Source of the DNA: Epiperipatus broadwayi
Lineage: Eukaryota; Animalia; Onychophora
Length of the DNA: 64,000 bases
Direction of reading: 5' to 3'
NCBI GenBank assembly: GCA_028023455.1
Contig: JAQFVV010000009.1
Span: 11,284,001 to 11,348,000 of the forward strand
Positions 52,401-64,000 of this stretch are shown one piece after another. Numbering within the stretch: position 1 is the first letter of the stretch; each line of letters begins with the position of its first letter. Below the pieces are notes generated by a model. It saw only the letters and a program-made list of their open reading frames with translations. It did no database searches and had not been told where the DNA came from. Both the position numbers and the translations under genes were made by a program.

Positions 52401-52684
52401 AGTTTGTCGTTGCTTGCCAAGTTGTTTGGCCAAGAGATGATTATTTTAATTTTTTTTTGTCAAATTTTCTCATGTGTGAAATTATCAAATTCCTGATGAT
52501 TAAAAACAACAATGAATGAAAAACTGTAAAACACGCGCTTTATATTATTTTAATTCAAAATAAATATATATAAAAAATATATAATAAATGTAATAAGTGT
52601 GCTTGCTTATATGCAACTATAGAGAAGCTTATTATTTCTATAGTTGTGTATAAGAACAACTTATTACATTTATTACATTCCATA

Positions 52685-53250
52685 TAAACTAAAGATCAGC
52701 ATTTCAAGCTAATGTACATGCGCTTTTTTATGAATGTTAATAATAAATGAATAGGTGGATTCATTCTATTCTTTCGCAAAGACTTTATCTTGTGTTGAAA
52801 ATGAAAGTATTCATTTATTATTAACATTCATAAAAAAGCACATGTACATTAGCTTGAAATGCTGATCTTTAGTTTATTACAATTTATATACATTGAGCTA
52901 TATAAATATATATCTCATTTACATAATGTTTAGTTTCATTTAAGAATGACATGTCGTAAATTCTAGAAAATTTCGTAGGCGTCATTCATTCAGACATGGT
53001 AAAGAGTAATTTAAAGTGATTGGTTTATCTTCACGCTTTCATTTCCAGTGCTTAAGATTTGCCCATACTTAAGCATTTGGGTTGAAAGAATAGGTGGATT
53101 CAATCTATTCTTTCGCAAAGACTTTATCTTGTGTTGGAAATGAAAGTATTCATTTATTACTAACATTCATAAAAAAGTGCATGCACATTAGCTTGAAATA
53201 CTGATCTTTAGTTTATTACGACTTATATACATCGTGCTATATAAATAAAT
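52685..53250. repeat. 69-bp near-perfect inverted repeat (52685-52753 / 52808-52876) plus ~160-bp direct repeat (52749-52910 / 53088-53250)
   Basis: Arms match at 68/69 nt; the direct copies are visible by eye. Confidence 0.93.
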
Positions 53251-53299
53251 ATCTTATTTACATTCCATATAGAAAAAGTATAAACAGTTAACATAATTA

Positions 53300-53945
53300 C
53301 ATATAAATAAAATGTATAAAAGAAAATCTTGGTTTAACAATAGTTGTCCAAGAAACTTGTGATGTTTATAAAAGAATAAACAAGTGAGGGGATTTGCGTA
53401 AAATTTGAATGTAGGATGTAAATAAGTTAATTTAAATGAGCCATTTTTTTGATAGGGGGACACAGGATTATTTTTGATGTATTGTGTGTATGTTGTTGGC
53501 AATATGCCAGGCCTCTTTAATTTTATGTTTAACATTGTTTCTTTCAGAGCAGACAATGATGGCAGATGTAGGTGTAAAGCTCTTACCATGTTTACACTCC
53601 TGTTCAAGGAAATAGATTTAACCTTGGTATTATGTCTTATCTCAATTGTATTGGTATCTGCTGTTTGAGTCTTGTAGATAGATTAGCACATGATTCTCCA
53701 TAATAGACTGTGTAAAGTTAAAGAGTCCTATAACATATATCCAATCAACAAAAAAAGAATCTGCATTCCCCTATCAAAAAAGTGGCTCATTTAATTTAAC
53801 TTATTTACATCCTATATTCAAATTTTATGCAAATCTCCACTCTTGCTTATTTTTTTTTATAAAAGTCACAAGATTCTTGGATTACTATTGCTATGAATAT
53901 GGTTACCTGTTAAAATATTAAGCTTTTCTTTATATACATTTTGTA
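53300..53945 (-). mobile_element. 5'-truncated PLE (endonuclease C-terminus) with inverted 3' tail
   Basis: Minus: EQECKHGKSFTPTSAIIVCSERNNVKHKIKEAWHIANNIHTI...CVPLSKKW. Arms ~53300-53462 and ~53764-53945 are inverted repeats. Confidence 0.75.
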
Positions 53946-54479
53946 TGTATTTATTTAGAATTACCTTGTTCTGAGAAATTTTTTTAAAAGATTGAGTTAT
54001 ATTATTTTACAAATTGTTCCAATTGTTTTCATGAACATATCCCTAATGAAAATTAATGCATGTCTATACACATTTTTTCTATGTTGTTGGACATAATCTT
54101 TTAAAGATTAACAAAATATGATTCATTCAGTCATCTAGAACTTTCATATGATTTTCTAAAGTTCGAGGCTAGTCTTTCAATGTTGGTCACAAATACATTA
54201 GTATTATTTTTATTTATTTATATTAAGATAATTCTTTGAAATATATATATATATATATATATATTTAGAGTTAAGATTATCTTTAAATATATATATATAT
54301 ATATATATATAAGAGTTAACTGTAAATATTCAATAAACATTGGATAACATGTTAATTCAGACAATATATTTTTCCTCATATAGCAATTTTTTGTGCTCTT
54401 TTATTGTCTATTATTTTTTATCTTACTCTTTTCAGTCATTTAGATAGGTTTGTCATCATGTCATCATGATTCTTTCATG

Positions 54480-55476
54480 CTATTGATCATCAATCTATAT
54501 TTATTATGATTATGACAATGGAATCAAGTCTTCATTTGATTGCATACAGCTGTTAAAATCATAAAAGTTTAGCCCCTGTTATAACTGTGCTTCATTGGGT
54601 ATAGTGGAAGTATATGGTTCAATATCATGTCCACAATCCATAGACATAATCCAAAATATATTAATTGAATTAAGCTTTAATATGAACAAGACTAACTTTA
54701 TTATTGATACCCAATGACAGATTTTCTACAATGGAACACAGTTGGTCCAAGGAGTTGCCACTTAGTGGCATAGTGTGTAGCATTACATTAAATAAATTTG
54801 AGATGGCTTTTCACATTTTTATATATAAGCTACATCAACATTGTGGTAATTGATGCTGAGAAAAGTATTTATCATTAAAATATGGGATGAGCTGACTCAA
54901 CTATTATCTTTAGTGTGGACCATAGTGTATGAAGATACATTTAAAAAAAAATACAATTCATGGATATGCATATAAAACAATCCAATAGTGAAATAAATTA
55001 TATCATTAAACCTTTCAATGTCTGTGCTGTTTTTCACTCTCATTCACATGCATTCCACTCACACAAATTATCTGACTTCAAATGTTTCCCACAGAAATCA
55101 AAAGCTTTGCAAATTCGAGGCAGAAAGGAAAAATAGCATTGAAAATTACATCGGATTTTAATCAAAATTGTTTAATAAGATCCCTCAAAATTTTTATTCC
55201 ACAATAAACAGCAATCCTCTGAACCATAACATTACTAATACATGAACTAGCTTTCCATTTATATTAGGTATACCACAAAGATTAAAAACAATTTGCTCTG
55301 AGGAATCCAATGTTAGCTTCAGATCACCTCCTAATCTAAATCAGTTAAACAATACTAAAGATAAGTTGTCTCCAAACCAGGCCCTCCAGATTATCTATAA
55401 AATTAGTTACAATAAACTTGCTTGCAATGCAATTCAATGGTGAATCTCATGCTTATAGCAGCACTAGATTAGATTA

Positions 55477-55512
<36 letters not shown>

Positions 55513-55720
55513 ATGCTAAAATAGGCTGCAACATAAAATTGTTATTCCTGGAGCATGTGGTTCATTGTGGGCATAACTTTAATTCACTCAATATCAAAAT
55601 ACTTTGTGCTGAGCACAATGATCAAAGAAGAAAATGTAAAAAGACATGGTTTATTGCCAACAACACCCGTACAATAAATAAAAAGAATTTATGAGTTGCT
55701 TTATCACACAAGCGGAATGT
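54480..55720 (+). mobile_element. Decayed PLE RT-linker-GIY-YIG, interrupted by (TA)15 at 55480-55509
   Basis: FYNG..QLVQGVA (RT); FPFILGIPQRLKTICSEESNVSFRSPPNLNQLNNTKDKL...IIYKI; LFLEHVVHCGHNFNSLNIKILCAEHNDQRRKCKKTWFIANN. Confidence 0.7.
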
Positions 55721-58700
55721 GTAAATGTATCAATTTACATATTAATCACTTTATATGTTTGTTCTCTGCTTCATCTCCCTCATATACAAATCTGACTTTA
55801 TCTAGTACTATGAATATGATCTGCCTGGTCAAAAGCAGTGCTAAGCTGTAGTTAGTTTGTAATATTGTTAATTTTTCTTTGTAGCACTGTATTGAATGAC
55901 AATAGAATTTGTTTGTTTGTTTGCTTGTGCAATTTTTTTTAATCTTTTCATTACATGCTTGATAATATTGATTTGAATATTTTTTATATGCTAATATGTA
56001 CAATTATATAAAGAATACAAAATCCTCAGCATTAAAGAAGTAGTAATGGATACTGGTAGTTTTAGTTGCATTCTTTCTCAAGGTAATGTAGTCACTAAGA
56101 AGTTGTTTGAAACTGGATTTTGATATGTAATCTCATTTGAAAAATCATAGCATGATTGGATGCACTATTTAGGAATTTTCCTGCTGATTTTACCTCTTTT
56201 TTTACTAATGTGGAAGGATTTTAAAAAGATTATTTTTAAAGATGTTGAATCTAGAAAAATTTATAATGCTGCTATGCCTGGTGAATTCCTAGTTTAATTA
56301 CATAAAATTTTTATATTGATAAAAAGGCATCAAAAAATGGGTATTCTCTATCTTTTTTTAAAAAAGAATATATAAACTTTTCTTGATGTAGATTCTTCAT
56401 GATTAGAATTTGGGCCAATGCTTGTAACTAGAATTTGTCAAAGTTTAAGACTGTTATAATTGCTGTTAGCAAAATAGGTCTTACAGAACATAAAGAAATT
56501 TAATTCAATTTAGTTATTTTGTAAGGTATTTCATTGAATAAAAGATAACTGAATGATGACAGATTTACATTGATATCTTTATTAGTGCTATTCATAGATG
56601 TATTAATTAATGTGTTTTAATTGTTTGGTATAATGGAATCTGTGTTTATTTTATCAGTGATATGTTGCAATATTAGACCCAGAAAATTAAAGAATGAAAC
56701 TTTTTTTTTCTTGTTGGATAATGATATTGCAACAATACCAGTAAAAGATCAAATTTTTCTTCATGGCAACTTGAATGCATATACAGAAAAATGATTATAA
56801 ACTAACTTGGAAGCTTTTATGTTCAAAACAATGATATCTTATGATTAATGATCTACAGGTCATAGATTAATATATTTCAGTTATGATGATAGTAGCATTG
56901 AAATTAGTTCATGTTCCAAATATATTGGTAAAAAAGTTAGTATTCTTCAGAAACAGCTACTACTCTTGCTACTAATTATTTAACTTTGATCTTCAATTTT
57001 GTTATATTACTTAGGTGCAGAGTTTTCTAAAATGTATTTGATTTAAAGATAATGTAGTTTTCTTTGCTCTTCAGAATAATAAAACAAAGTAGAATTTCTT
57101 AAGTAATATGGATTGATAGAATTGATAGAATAAAATTAGTAAAAAGATATAATCATTTTGAGGCATTATAATAGGAATCATCAAATGATATATTGCTTGG
57201 GAATTTTTATGAAATTTGAGCACCAAAAGTGATAAATCTGAACCATAACCCATGGACCTTGAATTCTAGGATCTGCCACTCTACCATTGCACTTAACTAC
57301 TTAGGGCATTTTGAGACTTTGAATGTAACATATGGATCTGCAATACAATATAATTCCATGAAAACACTATTGATACACTTATATTTAATACTGCTATTTT
57401 GAACAGATGGAGGAAATATTTTGATCATCTTTTGAACAATTACAAAATAATTTGAATAAATACATTTAATCATACATTCATTTTTTAATACACTTAGATT
57501 TGGGTGAAAATATAAATCTTGATGAAATTAAAACAACTTTTTGTAATTTTAAAAGTAGAAAGTGGATTTCTGGAAAAGTTTAAAAGTATGGTGATTTTTA
57601 AAATCTTCAATACTATTGGAATTATTTAGGATGACAGAGCTTCTTGAATATATGCTATCTGGTCTTAAGAATATTTTTATTATTTGTAATTTCTAAAGAT
57701 TAGGGCGATAGAAAGAAAAGACTGCGGCTAATATATTGGCTACAGTAAAAGTTTTCCTAAAAATTTTATTAAGTAGATTACTTTCAGTCACTAAAAAGGA
57801 AGCATAATAGGTATAATATTTATTGGTAGGCAAATGCAGTAAAAGTATTGTAATAAAATGTGTAATATATTTGTACTTTTATTATTTTGGTTCATGATGG
57901 ATGATCGAGTCATTCAAAATAAAAACTCATAAGAAATATCTTCAAAATTGAAAACAATATTGTTTTTTATTTTTATAATAATATGTGAAACAGTTTATAG
58001 GTAACTTTATCTAGATTTGATATGTTTTATGGTGATGGTTTTAATTTTATCCATTTTTAGAGCAAGAACAAGAATTTTTTTTTTTTAAATTGTAATGATC
58101 TGCTGTAATGTTCTTAATATTAGAAACAATCTATAAAGAAGTTGATTTAGTAATTAATATTCAAGTTAAACAGATGTCATGTCAGTAGTGATGAAAAACA
58201 AATCTTTAACCATTTTTAGCCATATTAGTTATCATCTTGAAAATATAATAATTTTAAATATCTTAATAAGTTTTTAAATATGGAAATGTATTTGAATATT
58301 AAATGCATTTAAAAGATAGAAATTTCTCTTTAGTAATTCAACTAATTACTTGTATATAATATTATTATGAAAAACATAATAGCAAATAACTGTAAAAATT
58401 TTATTTAAATATATTTCATATTTTGAAAATAAAATGGCAAAATTATAAAATCCATTGATATGAGTTTTCCTCATCTGCGCGTAATACTACACTATACGCC
58501 CCAAATTTGTAACATATATAAATAAATGTTACAATAATAAAGCATATTTTCATTGTATTTATCATGTGAAGTGGGTGAAAAGTAGCAGAGTTCATAAAAA
58601 GTATTTTATAATAATCTTACTTATGATTTTTGCTGCAATACTTTGTCAAGATGCAAGTTAATTGTTTTCCACATAATACTTTGGAGAGATATCATTTAAT

Positions 58701-59762
58701 GAAATGGTGAAATCACACAGAAAAGTTTGTTTTGTAAATACATTGCAAGATATCTGATAGTCTAATGCAGTCATATTTGTCTTTTGTATATTGATTTGCT
58801 TAATCATACAATTTTTTTATTTTTTTGTTAGTCTTCTTATTTTTCTGGAATTATAAAAGTTTTTTTTTGTGCATAAAAGCATGGTGGTTAATACTTCTCT
58901 TTTCCCTATTTGGGATTTAGATCTATGTCAGTTTAAAACTCTGAAATCTTTTTTAAAGCTGCAATTAAAATTTTTTCTCTATATAATTTCAACCACTTGC
59001 CATCCAATATTGATAGTTATTAGGATATATAAATTTTTTTGAAGATAAAAAAAAAAAGTGGTATTGAAAAATACTTAAAGTCCACCTTACCTTTTGATTA
59101 ATGTTTTCTCCTGAGAGGGCAAACTGTTTAACAGAATTTTGTTTTGCAGCTTATTCTTTTGAGATTGATTTACCTTTCATACATAGTTTCAAATTTTAAA
59201 TTAAGACAAAGATTGTGTTTTTTATTCAAGAAATAGTTCTGTCAAGAAGTTTAAAAGGAAAAAAAAAAACACAGAGAAATAATAATAAAAAATTACCTTA
59301 TTGAGAAGATATGCATCAGTATTATTTTTGAAAACAGTGTAATACATAAAAAAAAAAGAGATTGATAAGCAGAGAGTTCCTAAAGTATTGTGCCAGTATA
59401 GTTTAAAAGTTAATCTGTATCAAAATAAACACTATAAAGATATTGATAAAGTTGACTAGGTAGTTTACTTTGATAAAGAAGGGGGAATTACTGAACCAAA
59501 TTTAGAAAACTGGTATGACTTTATATCTTCAGACATTAGTAACAGAATTATGATGAGAGATTTAAGAGAAATAATGTGATAAATCATCGATTAATCATGT
59601 TGTTTTATTTTGAAAAGTATCTTATTTATGGATGGGAATTAAGTAAAGTGTTAATAGAAAATATATTGTATTATTATCCTTTTTAAGATTATATATACTA
59701 TAGATCCTAGCTACAAAGCAACTAAGATAATCCTCATGATAGACAGACCCTAATTATGACCC

Positions 59763-60510
59763 TGTCATATCTCACTTTGCATTCAAATAATGGACTAGTC
59801 CAGATTCCTTATTTATCCCATTCGAGTGAGCATTCTTCATTGCTACTAACCAATGTATATAGATAAAGATAAGGCATGACCAATGGCAAGAACAGGCCAA
59901 TTAGGCAATAATGCTCACTGAATCTGAATGATTCTGTTAAAATTAGAGATCTGGACATAAATAGTCTTTTTGAAGGTAAGGTAGAGAATGACTGTCAAAC
60001 CTGAAAGATGGTACGTGTTTTTCAGAGAACTGTTAAACCTGAATAATAGTAGCCTAGTTCTCTATATACAGGCAAAGGAGACTCCTGCTTACTTTGAACC
60101 ACAGTAATCATTCTCCAGACTATAGATATTTAAGCTAATGGTTAACACAGTGAGGCAAGCCCAAGTTCCAGGATCGGAAGCTGTCAGAACCAAAGTGGAG
60201 TCAATGCAAGCTTTAAATACATTTGGGAGTCCCTATACCTACTCACTAGGCAGGCTGTCAAGTACAGCTGGAAATGGATAGAGGAATCTATAAGGGCACA
60301 TATAGTCTCTTCTTCACAGTTCTCAGAATTGATAGCTGTATCCCACTAGACAGTAGCAGGTGGATTATAGCCATCATACTTTAATCTGTAAATATTGTAA
60401 AATAGTAAAAATTGAGTGTATGTTTGCATCCTATATTACTAATAAATATATTATTAAAATGTATGTATACTCATTTGTGTTTACATGAGTAATCCAGACT
60501 AAACACAATA
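59763..60510 (+). repeat. 5' LTR
   Basis: TGTCATATCTCAC...AAACACAATA; collinear with 62567-63200 but clearly diverged. Confidence 0.8.
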
Positions 60511-62566
60511 GATTTGGTCAGTTCAACAAAATAAAAATTTCTTTTTCCTATTGCAAATAACTGTAAAAAAAGATTTAAACAACAAAATCTTGCCCTTGTA
60601 AGTTATTAGATTTGTCATCATTCAGAAAAATTGACCACAAACATTATTGGCATATCAATAAAAATTTGTAAAATCAATCAAGAGTGGTTAATCTAGTAAT
60701 AAAGATAGAAACTTTCTCCAGTGGGCTGATAGATTTTGTCTTTATCAGAAATTGACAGTTACACAAACCATAACTCATCAAATAAACATTAAAAAAAAAT
60801 ATTTTGAGCAGTGACTCACATAAATTAAAAGAAATTTTTTTTCTCTCATGATATAAAGGGGAGAGAATAATAGAATGGCTAATATTGGTTCAACAGAAGC
60901 ATTTGATTCAGCCTACCTGAGAATTGGCTAAGCTATAAAGATTGAATAATCTTTGTATCAAAAGTTCTGAGTTGAAATTAGCGATGCTTACATCAATAAT
61001 TGGATTCCAAATTTATGAGGCTCCTTAAATCACAAATAATTTCAGAGATACCTGCTGACCTAGATTTTGAGAAGGGATTATATCTACTGACAACATTTTC
61101 AATCTTTGTGTCCAAGGGAAAGAAGAAAAAGCTAGAGATTTCGCTGTTAGAATTTATTCATTAGCATTAAAATGCAATTTTAAAGACATCCTTAATGAAT
61201 CTGTTTGAGATAATTTCATTTACAGAATAAACAATCATAATCTTAGAGTCAATTTACTAATAGATCTCTAACATAAACTTTGTGAGTTGGCTTTGTCTCA
61301 GGCAACACTAGCAGAATCAACAGCTAGTCAAGAAAAGCCATCAAAAAAATAAATTATAATATTCAAAGTATTGAGCAGAACACTCCAATCAGTCAAGCAG
61401 CCAGCTGACATCTCGAATAAATCAACAGCAACAAGTAAAAAGCATTATTACAGATATAATGAACCAATTCACACACACACACACAGAATGTCCACATCTA
61501 CACTGTGTGGTCATATTGCAAGCATATTGGTTACACAAGAACTGCTTGTTTTAAAATGAAACAACAAGTGGCTATTGACAGAATAGGTGAATCCATTCCA
61601 AATAGCAAAAAAGGCAATTTAAAGTCAAAAAACTAATTGCCTACATAAATAATGTGAGTAATAGTGACTCATTTTCAAACACAGAGATATTAATGATATA
61701 TCAGTCACAATGGAACTGAACAGAGGGTCTGCAACATTCATAATGTCAAACAAGACCTGGTCTATCATTGATAAGAATGATAAATTTCAGCTGGATTCTA
61801 GAAACATTTATAACTAGAACCAGAGCAATCAAATAACTCTCTTGAATCAGATAAGAGTCAAAGTTGCAATGCCTAATAAGACTATATATCTACCCTGGTT
61901 GTGCATCAGGTGAATATAGAAATTTATTAGGCCATAACTGGTTCAGTCTCTTAGGGCTTGCAGTGACAAAAGTGAACCAGCTCACAAGCAGAAGTAAATT
62001 TAAAAGGTTTTACTCTAAAATAATTAATAACCCAGATTTGAACCCTAAAATAAAGAGCAAAACTATAAGTGCAAAAACAGATAGCTACTCATGTTCTACA
62101 CTGCATGTTCAAGGATACCACTCTATGGATTTCAACAGTGGTGATTGGACTTAAAGGGCTTCATACAGTACTAGTTAAAACTGCTGATGGACAAATACAT
62201 CAGCATCACAAAAACCAACTTAGGTTAGACAAGTCTACAGTTCTACAGCTAGCTATCAGCAAAGTCTCACCAAATGAAAATAAGTGGCAAACCAATAGTG
62301 ATGTGGCATCAACCAGCTGTATAAATCTATAGTTCCAAAACCAACCATGTAAAAAACCTGATCAGATGACAATTAAAATCTACCAGTAATAACTCATCAG
62401 AGCCAGCTGTAAAGGACATTCAACTCCAAGAAACTCCAAACAATGATAACAATGAACCTATTGAGAATATCACCAAGCCAGAAGAAACAACTAAGTGAAG
62501 AAAACATCTTCCAACATATCTGCTTTACTTTGTTCTCCAGGGCTAATTTTAGCCAGGAAGAGGGAA

Positions 62567-63200
62567 TATTATATCTCACCTTGCCTTCAAATAGTGGACT
62601 AGTCAAAATTCCTTTCTTATCACATGATTGGATTGAGCATTCATTGCGACTAACCAATGCATATAGATAAAGATAACACACAGACAATGGCAAGAATAGG
62701 CCAATAGGCAGTGATGCTCACTGACTCTGAATGTTTCCATTAAGGTTGGGGATCTGGCTATAAATAGTCATCCCTGACTAACAGAAGCCTAGTTCTCCAT
62801 ATATGGTCAAAGGAAACTCTTGCTAACCTGAACAGCAGTTATCGTTCTTCAGATTGTAACTGATTAAACTAATGGTTAATGCAATGAGGCAAGTCCACAT
62901 TTCAGGGCTTAGAGCTGCCAGAATCAAATCCAACTGGAGTCAGACTATTAAGTGCAGCTAGAATTAGGTCAATAAACTATAAAGGCACATTTAGTCCCTT
63001 TTTCAATAGCTCACATTAGAACTGATAGCTGTACCCACTAGATAGTAGCAGGTGGAGTATAGCCAACATTGCTTAAATCTGTAAATATAATAGAAACCAA
63101 AGGTATGTTTGTATCTATATATTACTAATAAATATATCATTGAAATGTAGGTATCCTCATTTGTATTTATATGATTAATCCAAAATAAACAAACACAATA
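62567..63200 (+). repeat. 3' LTR
   Basis: TATTATATCTCAC...AAACACAATA; follows the PPT. Confidence 0.8.
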
Positions 63201-63259
63201 GGCCCTTATTTTCTGATGGCTATAAAGCTTGATGGCTATAAAGTCATAAGCCAAGACTG

Positions 63260-63620
63260 TAGCAGTTTTTGGTTAAAAGGGGAGAGTGCTAAGAAGTTCC
63301 TGAATGTGGAACTAAGTTTCTATTCAATAATGAATGTATAGCTACCTACAATTTCAGAACTCTTTAAGTGATCAAAGAAGATTATACAAATTGGAAGAAG
63401 ACTGGTATAACATTAAATGGAACATTGTTAGACTTTGTAAACTTAGATGAAAATATGAGATAATTGACTTTAAAAGTGGACAGGTATTTAACTATAAAGG
63501 CATAAATATTGGATAAAAAGATACAATGGGATACATTATGAATCCAAATTAGAAGAATTATATTATGGAGATTGATGGGATGTCAGATAGTTTGGCATGA
63601 TTAATTATATATCAAATGTA
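63260..63620 (+). mobile_element. Decayed RTE-like LINE RT fragment
   Basis: GITLNGTLLDFVNL.., G..INI.K.., IDG..LDS-like segments typical of the RTE RT region around YADD. Confidence 0.45.
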
Positions 63621-64000
63621 TGCAGTTCAGATTTATGTGTCAATATGTTCTCATTATGATAAAGATGCAGTAGAATTTTATATGAATGTGCAAAAGACTT
63701 GGTCAGACCAAACAATTTTAGACCAATAATGTCCCGTTTTTTTCTTTCTTTCGATTTATGCAATTTTCCTTCATTTCAAAATGATTTGCAGTTGTAGATA
63801 TTCGAATATAAGATTATTATCAAATGCTATACTGAGTTCACAATTAGAAGATTTAGTATCTTCTGCTTTTAGCTACCTACCTTTATTTTGGCTGGCTACT
63901 TTACAATTTCCTAAGTATAAGGACTATAATTTAGTTTTTTTCTGAAATGATTATAAATATTTATAAGTAAAAAATTGTTTGCACACATATTTATTTTGCT

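Larger units (their letters stand above)
59763..63200 (+). mobile_element. Old internally deleted gypsy (Mag-like) LTR retrotransposon with both LTRs
   Basis: LTRs 59763-60510 and 62567-63200. TGG-starting PBS at 60515; PPT AGGAAGAGGGAA before 62567; flanks GACCC/GGCCC (5-bp TSD, 1 mismatch). gag (IGSTEAFDS...LALKCNFKDILNE..DNFI), protease end (NLLGHNWFSLLG) fused to integrase tail (VKTADGQIHQHHKNQLR); RT/RNaseH missing. Confidence 0.85.

Noticed and set aside
52493-52540. CCTGATGA...AAAACACGCGC, possible PLE hammerhead
   Set aside because: No stem II can be formed.
55551-55580. HVVHCG resembling the next Cav1 exon (HVVQCV...)
   Set aside because: No acceptor context; the frame continues as a PLE endonuclease (EHVVHCGHNFNSLNIKIL).
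21-63254. Most short ORFs in the supplied track (F/I/L/Y-rich, 60-130 aa)
   Set aside because: AT-rich chance ORFs or antisense shadows of transposon ORFs.
1-64000. CRISPR arrays, rRNA, prokaryotic operons or defence systems
   Set aside because: None seen; the sequence is eukaryotic intron with no regular repeat-spacer array.

Overview
AT-rich, CpG-depleted animal genomic DNA, probably an arthropod (inference). It is almost entirely intronic. The only clear host-gene exon is an 88-nt exon of an L-type voltage-gated calcium channel alpha1 subunit (Cav1/Ca-alpha1D, domain III S4 voltage sensor, 24859-24946, +). I found neither neighbouring exon in the window. The introns hold a decayed Ty3/gypsy element (1-3950, -), an ANKRD13 processed pseudogene, a tRNA-Gly pseudogene, several Penelope-like element (PLE) fragments with inverted 3' tails and hammerhead (HHR) motifs, LINE and mariner relics, and an old internally deleted gypsy element with both LTRs (59763-63200). 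The most unusual object is an 8338-bp insertion (11057-19394). It has TG...CA ends, a 4-bp target-site duplication (ATAC), 2.65/2.74-kb terminal direct repeats built from decayed virus- or Maverick-like ORFs, and a gypsy gag remnant inside. It interrupts a PLE hammerhead at its cleavage triplet. All family assignments come from manual translation and recalled motifs; no searches were run.
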